The notes: generated by a model not told the origin, from the sequence alone. 64,000 bases of DNA from an uncultured Nitrososphaerales archaeon (GCA_963709405.1 CAVPXM010000069.1:32001-96000); one strand, 5' to 3'; counted from the first letter of the stretch, positions 21,119-33,045 are shown. Numbers and translations are program-made.

Positions 21119-21448
21119 ATGACTCGTTTTGATCTTCCTAGCAAGAAAGAATTAGATATGATAGATAGTAAAGAAAGAATGAATATCTTTAGACAGTATT
21201 TTGCAGCTAGTCGCTATGATCGCTTACTGATTCAGCAATGCTTACTTAGCTGTGCATATGACGAATCCAGTATATCTAGGGTCAAAGACCTGGAGAGAAT
21301 ACATGATGAGAATTATTACGATAAGGTGAAGCTTATTAGAGAATATGGCTTTATAGATGAATTTATTTTGGCAGTGAAGGAAGAAGAGCAGGCTATTCAG
21401 AAAATAATCGAGGCCTATGATAAGAGAATGAGGATGTCAAGTCTCTAA
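21119..21448 (+). CDS. Hypothetical protein
   Basis: Intact 109-aa ORF with a TATA-like ttaatataa about 25 nt upstream. Confidence 0.7.
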   Translation: MTRFDLPSKKELDMIDSKERMNIFRQYFAASRYDRLLIQQCLLSCAYDESSISRVKDLERIHDENYYDKVKLIREYGFIDEFILAVKEEEQAIQKIIEAYDKRMRMSSL

Positions 21449-21975
21449 ATCTTTACTTTAACTATGGTCTGAGTCAAAGGAGAGCCTATTTGGGATTGCC
21501 AGCATAGGCGGCGAAGCCAAGCCAAGTCAAGCTTTGAAACAGATATCCGCCTAATTCTCATTGATGAACTATGAAGTACAAAATAAAACTACAGTAAATT
21601 TAGTACCGATAAATTATGTATTAATGATATCAATTGGGGTATATCCTTATAGCTTTTCTATCATGCTTCAAACTGAGGCCTAGAAAAATGTTCATATTTA
21701 ATTTTTGCGGTCGTGGCAAGACATTCATCGAATGGGAAAAATTTGAATGCTGACTATTCTAAAAATGTCGAACCCGCACTAGTTTACCTGTGCCTCTATC
21801 AAAGTATTCACTATATGCTGTGTTTTATTAATTGTCCGATGCTCAGATAAGCGTGCCATGATTGACTAAGTGGGACAGAACGACGAATACGAGAGCTTTA
21901 TTAGTAACACACATTTAAAGCAACTAGAGCGAATTATTGTTATTCCTCCTTTCCTTACTTTATGCCTTTTGAAAA

Positions 21976-22880
21976 GGTAATACCTAAGAAGTTGGAACAG
22001 CTTTTACCATTATATTAGCCAGTAACCGGAAGATATCTTCGTTTCTCTGGTTAAATCTAAATTCCATTTCTTTAAGGTACAGGTGAAAGTACTGTTTGGG
22101 TACTCCTCGATAATGATACAGCCATGTCTTTGCATAACTCCAGAATCCTTCAATACCATGGATATCACTAGTATCTTCACGTACATATTCTTCCATTCGA
22201 TGAGCAATTATCTGATGTTTTCCGATTAGATCTAATGAAGCATATGCAGTATGGTCATCGGTATAATACAAGGAGCCCTTCTTAGTATGAAGTTTAATTA
22301 ATGGAATTAATGTATCATGTATTCTGTCAGATACAGGAAATGTGATGACCTTCCCATTTCTTTGATATATTCCAAATACTAGGTTTTACCTTCAGATCCA
22401 CCATCTCCATTTTCCTTTCCTATGCCCACCAAATAATGCTTCGTCTATTTCTATTTCTCCTGACAGTTTCTTCAGCTCCTTTAATTTCTGAAGTGATTCA
22501 TTGTAGATTGATTGTCTGAATACTCTGAATGTTCTTTCTATTGTGGCCAAGCTAAGTGGAACATAAAATCGGATTCTGTACGCTGGTACTCCAAGAGCAT
22601 AGAGATAGAGTAGGTGTGCTAGTATATCAAGTGAGAAATAAAACTCTCCAAATTTGTATCTGCAACGTTTGCATCCAAACCTCCTATCTTTAAGATGGTA
22701 CAACAATCGATATCCACATCTTGGACATCGTCTCCTTCCTTTCCATCTAGCATGACGAAAATATATACGGCTTTTTGTCACACTTCCAGCAAGTTCTATA
22801 GGACTAGATTCACGCACGCATCACGAATAGAGTACTAGAAATTATCCCTTATTATCTGTTGCAAGTTCTTGGGTATTACC
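21976..22880 (-). mobile_element. Complete IS1595-family insertion sequence (905 bp); transposase frameshifted
   Basis: TIRs ggtaatacctaagaagttggaacag (21976-22000) and ctgttgcaagttcttgggtattacc (22856-22880) match at 22/25. The 8-bp TSD tttgaaaa lies at 21968-21975 and 22881-22888. The transposase shows a Zn ribbon CPRCG..CKRC, EIEIDEALFGG, YYTDD, HGIEGFWS and YLKEMEFRFN. Confidence 0.95.
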
Positions 22881-23490
22881 TTTGAAAATACAAATTTATC
22901 AACATATTTAAAGAAAGATTGAATTGCCTAAACTGAAGGGATTAATAGATTCCACCCAAAAATCGACAAGAAATTGCACTTGGTAGTATAATCCACCAAT
23001 ATCACGCTTTTACATAATGATCGAGGGATCTTCTCTTCGAATAGGTCACCTGGCTTGACCCGACAACCTTACAGATCCATAGGGGACCTTTAGATGGTCT
23101 TACACAAAGATAGCATTAGTTTAGTTCACTTTCTTTTTTCTTGCTTCTTGTTTTCTGTATTCATTATATAATTCTGCTTCCTCTTCGCTAAAGGCTCAAG
23201 TTAGTGCATTCCTTGAGTCATTTTCAATCTATAGATATTTGCATATAAATAAACCCAAAATGCAGAGATAAATTTCTCAGAATATGTGGAGAACTGTACT
23301 AAGATTCCATTGACAGTAAAGCAAAGAAATGAATGAAAACCCGATACAAAATAGTCGGTATATCTTTATATTGTCAGCTCTATAGGTCGGTTCAAGAAAT
23401 ACTTCGATTTGATGTTGAGATGCCTTTATCACTAGTGTGCTACTGTTTATTAGTATCTGGTACTACTGAATGGAATAAGGGAGAATAATA

Positions 23491-23730
23491 TTGAAAGATT
23501 GGTGCGAATACTGCGGCATAACTCGGCAAGAACTTAGACATAATTACGAGCAAAGTATGCATATTGTGTCTCTACCCTTAAAAATTGAACTTGGCCATTC
23601 TGATTACGATCTGAAACGAAAGCTAATATCAATGTGCACATTTTGCATTAAGGATATGGAAAATGAAATTAAATTGGCTGATAAACGAAAATTATACGAT
23701 GAACACGAATATTTTCATTCATTGCATTAG
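23491..23730 (+). CDS. Small putative zinc-binding protein
   Basis: 79 aa with CEYCG and CTFC pairs. Confidence 0.6.
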   Translation: MKDWCEYCGITRQELRHNYEQSMHIVSLPLKIELGHSDYDLKRKLISMCTFCIKDMENEIKLADKRKLYDEHEYFHSLH

Positions 23731-24220
23731 ACAATCGCTAAATTTATCCAATCAGCAATCTCACCAGGGTAATACACCCAAGTCACGACATCTGTACAAT
23801 AAAGACATAGTGATGTCTTTTAATGCGATGAATAGATTGGCCGTAGATTAAAATGGTAGAGTAATTGGTCCTCAACCAACATGCCCGAGCAAGGGCATGC
23901 CTTTTGTGTTTTATCATTTGTATGAATTACCAATTAAATCAATGATGAACCATGTCTGGTGTAAGTTCTGTCTGTTTTTAAAACAGTATATGGATCCGTC
24001 ATAACTGGTAAAATTATAAAGGTCATTCTGACCAATAAATATTGCAACTGGGCTCCTCTCTGCTGATATTCGATATTCGATTCTGGAAGTACATTCACTA
24101 CTAAAAATTAGTGTACGATTCTAAGTCTATCCTCATTTGATAATGCGGTACGATGATAGTAGAAAGCTATTGGTTTGCAACCAGTAGACCTACCAACAAA
24201 TATAATGACTCTGGACACTA

Positions 24221-25615
24221 TCAATATTTTTTATGTTCAAGCCGCATTCGCATACCATACTTGGGACGTAATGTAATAAGCGGCTTGAGTTCAACCTTGT
24301 GGTCAAGATCATGAAACATTCTCCATTGGCGGCATATTGTGGCCACTATCAATATGGCTTCCATCCAAGCAAACGCCTCCCCTACGCATCCCCTGATGCC
24401 TCCGCCAAATGGGAAGTAACTAAACCTAGGAATCTGAGTCCTGGTCTCCTTTGTCCATCGCTCCGGATAAAAGAGCTCGGGTTCAGGAAAGTATTTGGGG
24501 TTACGATGCATTACGTACTGACTCATTAAAATGATCGATTTGGCAGGTATTACGTAGCCGTCGACGCTGTAATCATTTATTGCTTGACGTCCAAGAGTCC
24601 ATGCTGGAGGGTAAAGCCTCATTGATTCTCTAACAACTTTTTCTGTGTATTCTAAGTTGGGTATATCTTCAACGGTTGGAACTCTTAGCTCTTGGCTATT
24701 CATATCATGGTTACTGCCATTACCGTTATTTAGTACAGTCTTTAGTTCCTCATATAATTTGGCTTCAACTGATGGATATTCAGACAAGAGATAAAATGTC
24801 CAAGTAAGAGCATTTGCAGTAGTTTCATGGCCAGCTAAAAATATCGTCATGACTTCATCTCTCAGTTGTGAATCTGTCATACGTTTAATACCGGCTTCTG
24901 AATCTTGAGCATCTAACAACGTGTACAACAAGTCCAAGTTTGTTCTCCCTCTGGCTTCGTTATCTCGATGCTCTCTAATCATATCATATACGATAGAATC
25001 TAATCTTTTCTTGGCTTGTTGAAAGCCTTTGTTGATGGGCAGTATTGGTATCTTTTCAATAAGCTCTCCGAACGGCATAAGCAAGCGATTAAAGTATTCT
25101 GCACAAGTTAGCAAGTCGTCACCAACTTGACTTGCCTCAGCTGATTTAATGTCTGAACCCAAAACAGCTTTACTAATGATTGCTGATGTGACGTTTATCA
25201 TGCTCTTATGAATCTCTAATATTGTTCCATCATTCCAATCCCTGCACATGTTCTCCGCATATGATGTTACTATCTCACCATACTTCTTTACACGGTTGGG
25301 AAGAAATGCAGGTTGTATTATACGTCTCTGTCGATCATGATATTCTCCTTCGCTGGTTACAAGACCCTCCCCCAATAGGCGCTTTGAAACCTGCAAACCT
25401 CTACTTTTCTTAAAATTTTTGTAATCCTTGACAAGTACATTCTCTATAAATTCCGGGTTATTTAGTAGATACACATGCTGTCTTCCAAATTTAAAATGAG
25501 CTATATCGCCATACTCGTTCGCGATAGCCATGAGGGTTTCGGTGGGATTGTGGATAAATTCGCGCAATAGTTTGTTGGGCAATATTGAAGAAGGTCCTGG
25601 AGGATATTTTATCGG
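24221..25615 (-). CDS. Cytochrome P450 (long type, N-terminal PPGP motif); exact start uncertain
   Basis: KYPPGP precedes the listed ORF in frame. Motifs LGEGLVTSEGEYHDRQRR, IFLAGHETTA, ESMRLYPP, FYPERW, FPFGGGIRGCVG. Confidence 0.93.
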   Translation of the reverse strand, partial: PIKYPPGPSSILPNKLLREFIHNPTETLMAIANEYGDIAHFKFGRQHVYLLNNPEFIENVLVKDYKNFKKSRGLQVSKRLLGEGLVTSEGEYHDRQRRIIQPAFLPNRVKKYGEIVTSYAENMCRDWNDGTILEIHKSMINVTSAIISKAVLGSDIKSAEASQVGDDLLTCAEYFNRLLMPFGELIEKIPILPINKGFQQAKKRLDSIVYDMIREHRDNEARGRTNLDLLYTLLDAQDSEAGIKRMTDSQLRDEVMTIFLAGHETTANALTWTFYLLSEYPSVEAKLYEELKTVLNNGNGSNHDMNSQELRVPTVEDIPNLEYTEKVVRESMRLYPPAWTLGRQAINDYSVDGYVIPAKSIILMSQYVMHRNPKYFPEPELFYPERWTKETRTQIPRFSYFPFGGGIRGCVGEAFAWMEAILIVATICRQWRMFHDLDHKVELKPLITLRPKYGMRMRLEHKKY

Positions 25616-26476
25616 TACGAGCTGCTGGTGACAATCTTGTCTTTTACTCCTGTATTCTCGCCAAGATATAAAGCTGTGTTATAATGATCTAAAAAGAAAG
25701 GGCGGCATGTGTTGCAATTAATTTAGTTTTCCTGATATCAACTGACTGCGACATGCTAATGACCGGTCACTGACATATTTCATAAAGCAGGAATATGGTT
25801 GGAGAACATAAGGATGAAAAAATAGTAGATTTCTTTATAAGATCAATAATTTAATTGACTTGCAAGTACAATCTCATATAAAAATAAATCGCTGCTGTAT
25901 AATCCTTAGGTAACTTACCTCTCTGTCAACGATTATTATCAGATCCATTATCAATACAATATGAGAATGCCTTACATTCTCTTATGCAGGAGCTAGTTAA
26001 TGTGTGTATGTTCTGTTCCCTTGAAATAACAGGCATAAGCTAAAATAAAAGTTGGAATATGGCTTCTCTGAATTGATGTTATCTAACTCTCGACGTGGAG
26101 CGATAAGCGATATAGATTATATCGCCACGCCAGGAACGATAGTGACGGGAATTCTCAGTCATATAGGCCCGCTTTTTAGTTGTACGATTGTTTACCTGCC
26201 TGAATAATATTGTCATTCAAAAAATTAGAAATAGCATGCATTACCTCAATAAAATTTAATACTTGAATACGGCTACATTCATCAAGTATTACGTTATATA
26301 CTCCAGAATAGTATCTATGAACCACTATCAATATCCAATTTTCTATAAAACTGTCAAAGAAAATCTACTGGATTCAGTACAAAAAAAGTTGTTACACTAC
26401 CAATTATTTTCTTAGCGCACCTAAAGGCACGATGTTTCGTAATTGAGACACGCCAAAGACAATTGTCGTATTCAAT

Positions 26477-27442
26477 TCATTTTGGAGTTTCAATGAGCGA
26501 ACCAACCACCTCTGTCCATGCGTCTGCTATATTTTTTAGATTATAGCCCCCTCCGCCCAAGGCAATTATTCTCCCATTACAGTACTCGTGTGATAGTCTA
26601 TGCAAACTATCTGCTGCATATCTATGCGCCTTTGAGCTATATTGCAGGTGGGTTATCGGATCTCCGCTTATACCATCAGCACCACATTGTAAAATTATCA
26701 ATTCAGGCTTTGCTATATTCTCGACAAAAGCTTCAATTTCTTTAAAAGCAGCAATAAAATCGTTGTCAGTAGCACCTGGTCGTAACGGCAGATTCAACTT
26801 TGTGTTCTTGGCATCGCCAACCCCTGTTTCATATTCAAAACCGGTTCCTGGATATAGATAATGACCGTCTTCATGGATATCTGCAACAAAAAGCAATGGG
26901 TCATTTTCAAATTCGTAATATACTCCGTCACCATGGTGAGCATCTATATCTACATACAAGATTCTGTTGATTCCATACTTTTTTCTAGCTACTATGATCA
27001 TTACACCTATGTCGTTAAAAATGCAAAAACCACCTGCATAGCCTCGCCTTGCGTGATGTAATCCTCCGATAGGGTTGAATGCATGCAGAATCCCGTCTTT
27101 TCTTTCCACTATCAAATTCATTCCTTTAAGACTAGTACCAACGACATAGGAGGAAGCCTCGAATGCGCCGATGAAGGCTGGAGTGTCACCTCGATCCAAA
27201 AGACCAGTTCCAAGTTTTGAGGCATCTCTTACAAACTCTAAGTATGTCTTATCATGGAATTGGCTTATGGTTTCTGCTTTTGCAATTTCCGGAAGTTCTA
27301 TTTTAATCTGGTTAGATTTCTGGAAATTTAATTCATTGAATTTTGACCAGAATGCATATAATCTATTAGAATTGAACGGATGCGACCGCCCAAATCCATA
27401 TCTTGCTAGTTCTTCACCGAAAAAGACAGCTGTACGGCACAT
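26477..27442 (-). CDS. Histone-deacetylase-family / AcuC-like Zn-dependent deacetylase
   Basis: GGLHHA, GFCIFND, DIDAHHGDG, YPGTG, QCGAD..GDP, GGGGY. Confidence 0.93.
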   Translation of the reverse strand: MCRTAVFFGEELARYGFGRSHPFNSNRLYAFWSKFNELNFQKSNQIKIELPEIAKAETISQFHDKTYLEFVRDASKLGTGLLDRGDTPAFIGAFEASSYVVGTSLKGMNLIVERKDGILHAFNPIGGLHHARRGYAGGFCIFNDIGVMIIVARKKYGINRILYVDIDAHHGDGVYYEFENDPLLFVADIHEDGHYLYPGTGFEYETGVGDAKNTKLNLPLRPGATDNDFIAAFKEIEAFVENIAKPELIILQCGADGISGDPITHLQYSSKAHRYAADSLHRLSHEYCNGRIIALGGGGYNLKNIADAWTEVVGSLIETPK

Positions 27443-27785
27443 AACAATTCAAATTATGAGGTGGGTCGGAAGATAAGTATTGTGCAATTTGAACGGCCAG
27501 ATTTGTTACGCCAACTGGATCACTAATTCTGAAAATTAACTAATGGTTTATTATCTATTGCCTAGCAAGTTGCATGGGAGTGCTTGGATACATCGAATGC
27601 CTGCATAATGAGGAGGATTTGCAGATATTAAAGGTTGTATAGCACACCGTGCCTATGATTGATAAACTATTATTATTATCAAAAATTAGCAGATGTCGGC
27701 TAACTTACAGCTATGAACTCAGGATTTAGCTTGCTTAAAGATGGTACTTGTTTATCGTCAAACATTTTATTATGTAGCTAATAAG

Positions 27786-28169
27786 CTATACAAATCGTTC
27801 TTCTTGCTTAAGCACTTCTTCTCCACGAGCCTTTGTAGATATATCAAATGCATCGGCAACTTCCTTCACAAAAATATAACCATGAGCATGCTTATCTGGT
27901 TTCAAACTACTCGTAATATCATCGACAATCCCCGGCACTGCAGAATCGGTCACTATGGTTTCCACCTTGCTTCTTTTCACGAATTCTGGAGTGATCATCC
28001 TTCCGGACATGTAAGCCCTAACTTGTTCCGGTATAGCGTCATGTTTAGTGCGGCCGGAACCCATAACCTCGGTAAAAGTCAGGCCCATGACATTATGCTT
28101 GTGAAGGATTTCTGTCACTTCAAATAGTTTTTCGTGAGGAATATAAATTGTTAATTCCTTCATTGACAA
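27786..28169 (-). CDS. PII-family signal transduction protein (divergent GlnB/GlnK-like)
   Basis: MKELTIYI..KLFEVTEIL, GLTFTEVMGSGRTK, KVETIVTD, HGYIFVKEVADAFDISTKARGEE. Confidence 0.85.
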   Translation of the reverse strand: MSMKELTIYIPHEKLFEVTEILHKHNVMGLTFTEVMGSGRTKHDAIPEQVRAYMSGRMITPEFVKRSKVETIVTDSAVPGIVDDITSSLKPDKHAHGYIFVKEVADAFDISTKARGEEVLKQEERFV

Positions 28170-28540
28170 ATGTTAATTACTATTAGTAGAAATATAAACA
28201 TTTATCAATCAGCTTTTCAAGGTAAGAATGTCCAAAAAATTAGGTGTTTGTAAATTATTTGGCATATTTCAAAATTAAGATTGTACTTGGTTTAATAATT
28301 GGTCTAACTGATTCAAATCGTTCCCGAACACCATATGCTACTGATGCACGTTAATCTGTTCACACAGAATTAGATTTTCGTGATCCATACTTAAAGGCTA
28401 TAGGGATGCGATTTCCTTAGCTGCCTGCCAATTGAGACTAATTAGTTTCTTTATCTATGGCACCTATATTCCTAAATATCATATACTTTATCGCAATGAA
28501 TGCCAAAACCTGGCTGAATAGATTGTAATCCTCGTGGAGG

Positions 28541-29221
28541 TTAGTATACATTTACTATAATCCAGTATAACCCGTAGATAAGCAACAACAGATTCAAACC
28601 CAGAAGAACTACAGTGTAAAACCTTGAAGTTAATATAGATATTCCCCTGAATGCAAAATAAGATGTACCTCCGAGCCAGGCATAATCCATCCATATGTGA
28701 AAAATAAATACGGCTAAACTACCTAACAAGATACCAAAAAGAGATATCGAATCAGAAATTATTTTCAGTCCTACAGTGAACCACCATACCAGAAAAAAAG
28801 GATTCAGCAAACTGAATAGAATGCCGCCAATAATTGGCTTGTTACCTAATGCATATTTACTCCTGTTCCCAGGAATATCGCCAGAAACAACATTATTCTT
28901 ATTCCTAGCCATGATACTCCGAATTTGTAGGACTGAGAGAAAGATAATTGTGATCCCACCCAACAGTCCAATAAACCTGAGAATTTCGTTGCTCGCAATG
29001 ACAGGTGCCGAAAAATGGAATAGACCAATTGACAGTATAATAATTATAGGGAGCTCTACGATAGTGTGGCCGTACGCCGTCTTTATTCCACCACGAAAGC
29101 CTTGCGTACTTCCATAAATGAGATTGGCAAAAAATAGCGGCCCTGGAGATAGGACACCTGAGGCTGATAGAAGTATAACCTCTATTGCAAATTCAAACGT
29201 ATTCACGCTCAGACTTAACAT
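28541..29221 (-). CDS. LysE-family translocator
   Basis: SGVLSPGPLF, GHTIVE, LLNPFFLVWWFTVG; multiple TM helices. Confidence 0.88.
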   Translation of the reverse strand: MLSLSVNTFEFAIEVILLSASGVLSPGPLFFANLIYGSTQGFRGGIKTAYGHTIVELPIIIILSIGLFHFSAPVIASNEILRFIGLLGGITIIFLSVLQIRSIMARNKNNVVSGDIPGNRSKYALGNKPIIGGILFSLLNPFFLVWWFTVGLKIISDSISLFGILLGSLAVFIFHIWMDYAWLGGTSYFAFRGISILTSRFYTVVLLGLNLLLLIYGLYWIIVNVY

Positions 29222-30158
29222 TGAGATAGGAGAATTAATAGTTAAAACGTATTACTATTAGTTGTGAATATCGCTTTTGAAATATAAAATTGCCACGTAA
29301 AAATAAATAATGAACTAAAATGCTTAACGCTTACATTATATAGACTTGGATAGATAAACGACAGAGCTTGGCAATGCTAAGACAAGGGAGGACTCTACTT
29401 TTGAGGTGCCAATCAACCCAGGCATGGATTTACATGTAAATTCTTCCATCATTTTGAGTGATATAATGGTCGTGATTCCATAGATGGCGAGTGCAGACTT
29501 GGCTGATACTAGATATCTAATTAGTAGCCACATTATGGCCTGGCTAAAGATTCGATAATTTATTGAATTTGCAATTTCAGATAACCTCAGGGATAGGATA
29601 TAATGGGGGAATTGATTTTCTTATCATCAAATATGCCAGACAATCCGTATCTTTCACCATCAATCACTTTACATAGACTCAATTATACTTTGTGATCTTA
29701 TCAACATGCGCTATGAAATATTCTCACATAATTTGTGTTGGTAGGCTTAAAAGAATGAACCGACATCCGTTCTAAATATTATCCGTCGCGGCATAGCCTG
29801 ATTTATAGTCCCTACAAGTATTATACCTTGAATGGAAACAAAAGGAGAAAACGTTATTATGGAGAATAAAATAGTTTCATTATTAGTCTATCACCGATAA
29901 GCAAATCATTACCCCACCATCAAGAGGTAAGAAACCGATTATGAGTGCATTAGAATATATAGGCTTATGAATAAAAACGAGGAGCATCTTTAATCCACCA
30001 AAATTAGAACACACAACAAAAATTTTAACACTGATGCCATATTTATCATCAAGATCCCAGATATATTCAAGGATGCAAAAATGGTAGAGTTAACTATTGA
30101 CATTGATTAATAAAACAAGTTTATTAATGAGCGTGATTATAGCGGAGAATAGCATACT

Positions 30159-32537
30159 ATGCCTAGTTCACGTTTGCTAAAAGGCCTGTTTGTTCCGTTG
30201 CTGGTATTTTTCTCGGTATCCATTGTATTGTTGATATCAACCCTTACGAATAGTAGCATTTTTACGCCGGGTTTTGCAAAATCTGCCGACCGAAAAATAT
30301 CGCTGACGTCATCAGGTGGGGGCGACGATCAAGGCCTCAGATCTAGAAATAATCAATTACGGAACGAGACTGAGCCTCCGTCAACATCACCGCCGTTGGT
30401 ACCTGAGCCACCGACAAAGAGTGGAACCGGTACGCTTACCCTCAAAAAAATTGTGGTTAACGATGGTGGAGGTAACAGAAGACCATCAGATTTTACAATT
30501 AATGTCGATGGAAATAATCCTACTCCACAATCATTTCCCGGCAGCTCTTCAGGCACATCAGTTGAATTAATCAATGGTAGATATTCAGTTACAGAAACCG
30601 GTCCATCTGGTTATACTTCAAACCCATCATCAGGATGTTCGGGTTCAATAAACCCAGACCAGGAGAGGAATTGTACGATAACTAACGTGTACAATAAGCC
30701 TGTCCCACCACCTGTAACCACTGGAAAAATAATAGTTACTAAACAGGTAATTAACGATGGTGGAGGTAACAGAAGACCATCAGATTTTACAATTAATGTC
30801 GATGGAAATAATCCTACTCCACAATCATTTCCCGGAAGTTCAGCTGGCTCCACAGTGACAATAAATCCTGGAAAGTATCAAGTATCAGAACAAGGCCCAG
30901 TATCTTCTCAATACGTGCCTGGTAAGTATACACCTATCTATTCAGCAGAATGCAATGGAGTTGTCAAAGCGGGCCAAACAAATAACTGTATTATCACGAA
31001 CAAGTATAATTCATTCATCCCAGGCCTGCTATCGAAATTAATAGTTACTAAAAAGGTAATTAACGATGGTGGAGGCAACAAAAGACCATCAGATTTCACC
31101 ATCACAGTACATGGAAATAGTCCTTCACCTGGGTCTTTCCCGGGAAGTTCCTCTGGGACCCACGTGGAGTTGAAGACAGGCAAGTACAGTATTACCGAAA
31201 CGGGTCCTACCTCTCGCTACACCACTGACTACTCAAAAGATTGTTCAGGAAATGCTAGTCCTAACTCGATCAAGAAATGTAATATTACAAATGTCTATCA
31301 GGAACCAGGACCAACTTCTAAATTGATAGTTATAAAAAATATTGTAAATGATCAACAAGAATCTTCAATAACCAAAAGACCATCAGATTTCACTATCACG
31401 GTAGATGGAAATAATCCTTCACCTAGGTCGTTCCCAGGAAAATCAAATAGTGGTATTTCAATTTCAATATATCCTGGTAGATATTCTGTGACTGAAAAAA
31501 CTCAATCAGGGTATACGGTAGACTACTCCACAGATTGTGAGGGAAATATAAAATCAGGGCAAACAAAGGTATGCATAATTACTAATGAAGTCACATCGCA
31601 ATCATTACCTATCCTAGTTACACAACCAACGATCAAGAATATTACTGGATTCTCCGTCCCATACGGAGTTGCAACGGATACTGAAAGTGGTAACGTCTTT
31701 GTGACAAACTTCGGCAGATTCAATACAACTGGAAGTGTATCAATAATAAATAGTTCTACTAACAATGTAACAAGTTCTGTCCTCGTCGCTAAGAATCCGC
31801 AAGCTGTGGCTTACAATTCTGCAAATGGTCTTGTATACGTCGCTAATCTCTTGTCAAATACTTTATCAGTAATCAATGGTACTACAAGCAAGGTGGTAAA
31901 TTCGATTCCCGTTGGCAAATCTCCTGGCAATAGTCCAAACGGAATAGACATTAATTCCATAAATGACACTGTTTACACAATCAATTCAGGATCAAACACC
32001 GTATCAGTAATAAATGGTACCAATAACTCGGTTAAAGGATATCTCTTGGGTTTCTTCACTCCATCTGGCGTTACATATAATCCGGATAATGATGCGATCT
32101 ATGTGACAAACAGAGGAACTAACGCGATATCTATAATTAACGGTACGACTAATGGCTTGATAAAAACTATTCCCTCAGGTGGCGCGTTACCCTCAGCTAT
32201 AGTCTATAATGCGGCAAATGGACTTGTCTATGTCAGTAATACTGGTTCAAATACCGTATCCGTTCTCAATACTACAACTAACAGCTTAGCAGGAATAATT
32301 GCAGTAGGTGCCGGTCCTAATGGTATTGCATATAATCCAAGCAACGGTAAAGTATACGTTGCCAATTCGATATCAGGAACAATTTCCTTCATAAATGGGA
32401 CAACCAATACTGTAAGTAAGACGATCACGATCGGGAAGATGCCTATCGGAGTAAGCTACAATCCAAGTAACCATGGCATCTATGTTGCAAACGCGGAATC
32501 AAATACTGTCACTGTAATTACTGAAAATGATCCCTAG
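30159..32537 (+). CDS. Secreted surface protein: four CnaB/SpaA(prealbumin)-like repeats plus a YVTN/YncE beta-propeller
   Basis: Signal peptide and Pro-rich linker; 4x [KxxVxKxVxNDGGG.RPSDFTIxVxGNxPxPxSFPG...YSVTE...C...CxITN]; C-terminal repeats P.GVAYN...YVAN..SNTVSVIN. Confidence 0.88.
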   Translation: MPSSRLLKGLFVPLLVFFSVSIVLLISTLTNSSIFTPGFAKSADRKISLTSSGGGDDQGLRSRNNQLRNETEPPSTSPPLVPEPPTKSGTGTLTLKKIVVNDGGGNRRPSDFTINVDGNNPTPQSFPGSSSGTSVELINGRYSVTETGPSGYTSNPSSGCSGSINPDQERNCTITNVYNKPVPPPVTTGKIIVTKQVINDGGGNRRPSDFTINVDGNNPTPQSFPGSSAGSTVTINPGKYQVSEQGPVSSQYVPGKYTPIYSAECNGVVKAGQTNNCIITNKYNSFIPGLLSKLIVTKKVINDGGGNKRPSDFTITVHGNSPSPGSFPGSSSGTHVELKTGKYSITETGPTSRYTTDYSKDCSGNASPNSIKKCNITNVYQEPGPTSKLIVIKNIVNDQQESSITKRPSDFTITVDGNNPSPRSFPGKSNSGISISIYPGRYSVTEKTQSGYTVDYSTDCEGNIKSGQTKVCIITNEVTSQSLPILVTQPTIKNITGFSVPYGVATDTESGNVFVTNFGRFNTTGSVSIINSSTNNVTSSVLVAKNPQAVAYNSANGLVYVANLLSNTLSVINGTTSKVVNSIPVGKSPGNSPNGIDINSINDTVYTINSGSNTVSVINGTNNSVKGYLLGFFTPSGVTYNPDNDAIYVTNRGTNAISIINGTTNGLIKTIPSGGALPSAIVYNAANGLVYVSNTGSNTVSVLNTTTNSLAGIIAVGAGPNGIAYNPSNGKVYVANSISGTISFINGTTNTVSKTITIGKMPIGVSYNPSNHGIYVANAESNTVTVITENDP

Positions 32538-33045
32538 CTAACGATGAACTTGTCTTGAATTCTAAAGAAATTTATTTTATTGAACTTTGTTCAATATTAG
32601 AATGCTTACGCTATGCCGGCTCACGCTCTGATTCTTATGACAGTAAAACCCGCCATCGGTTTCATAAATTGACTAATCCTTCAGAGTGATGCAGGATAAA
32701 TAGACACGATTTTAGTTCGGTCTGATTATCAAGTGTTAAGGTGCATAATCTAAGGATTTCGAGATTACGTTGACATCGAGTAACTAGGATGTGGGATCAC
32801 ATCTTCGCAATCTGGATGTGGTCTCAGTAGAAAGTGCTCTGGGGCATATTAAAGAGGAGAATTATCATCTTGGCAGAAATCGATCGGCAATTTTCGACCA
32901 ACCAAGATTATAAAGTTTTATTCACTATTCAAAAAAAGCACAAAAATGCGATTAACTCAGCTGGATTGTGAATATCTTTGTCTCGTGTATGAGTGAGTCT
33001 CTTCAGTGAGTAAATTCAATCAGCTCACATACGATCGTTAAAACC

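Noticed and set aside
23880-23912. Small hairpin catgccc-gagcaa-gggcatg followed by a T-rich tract
   Set aside because: It is a 7-bp stem with no clearly associated gene end and could arise by chance.
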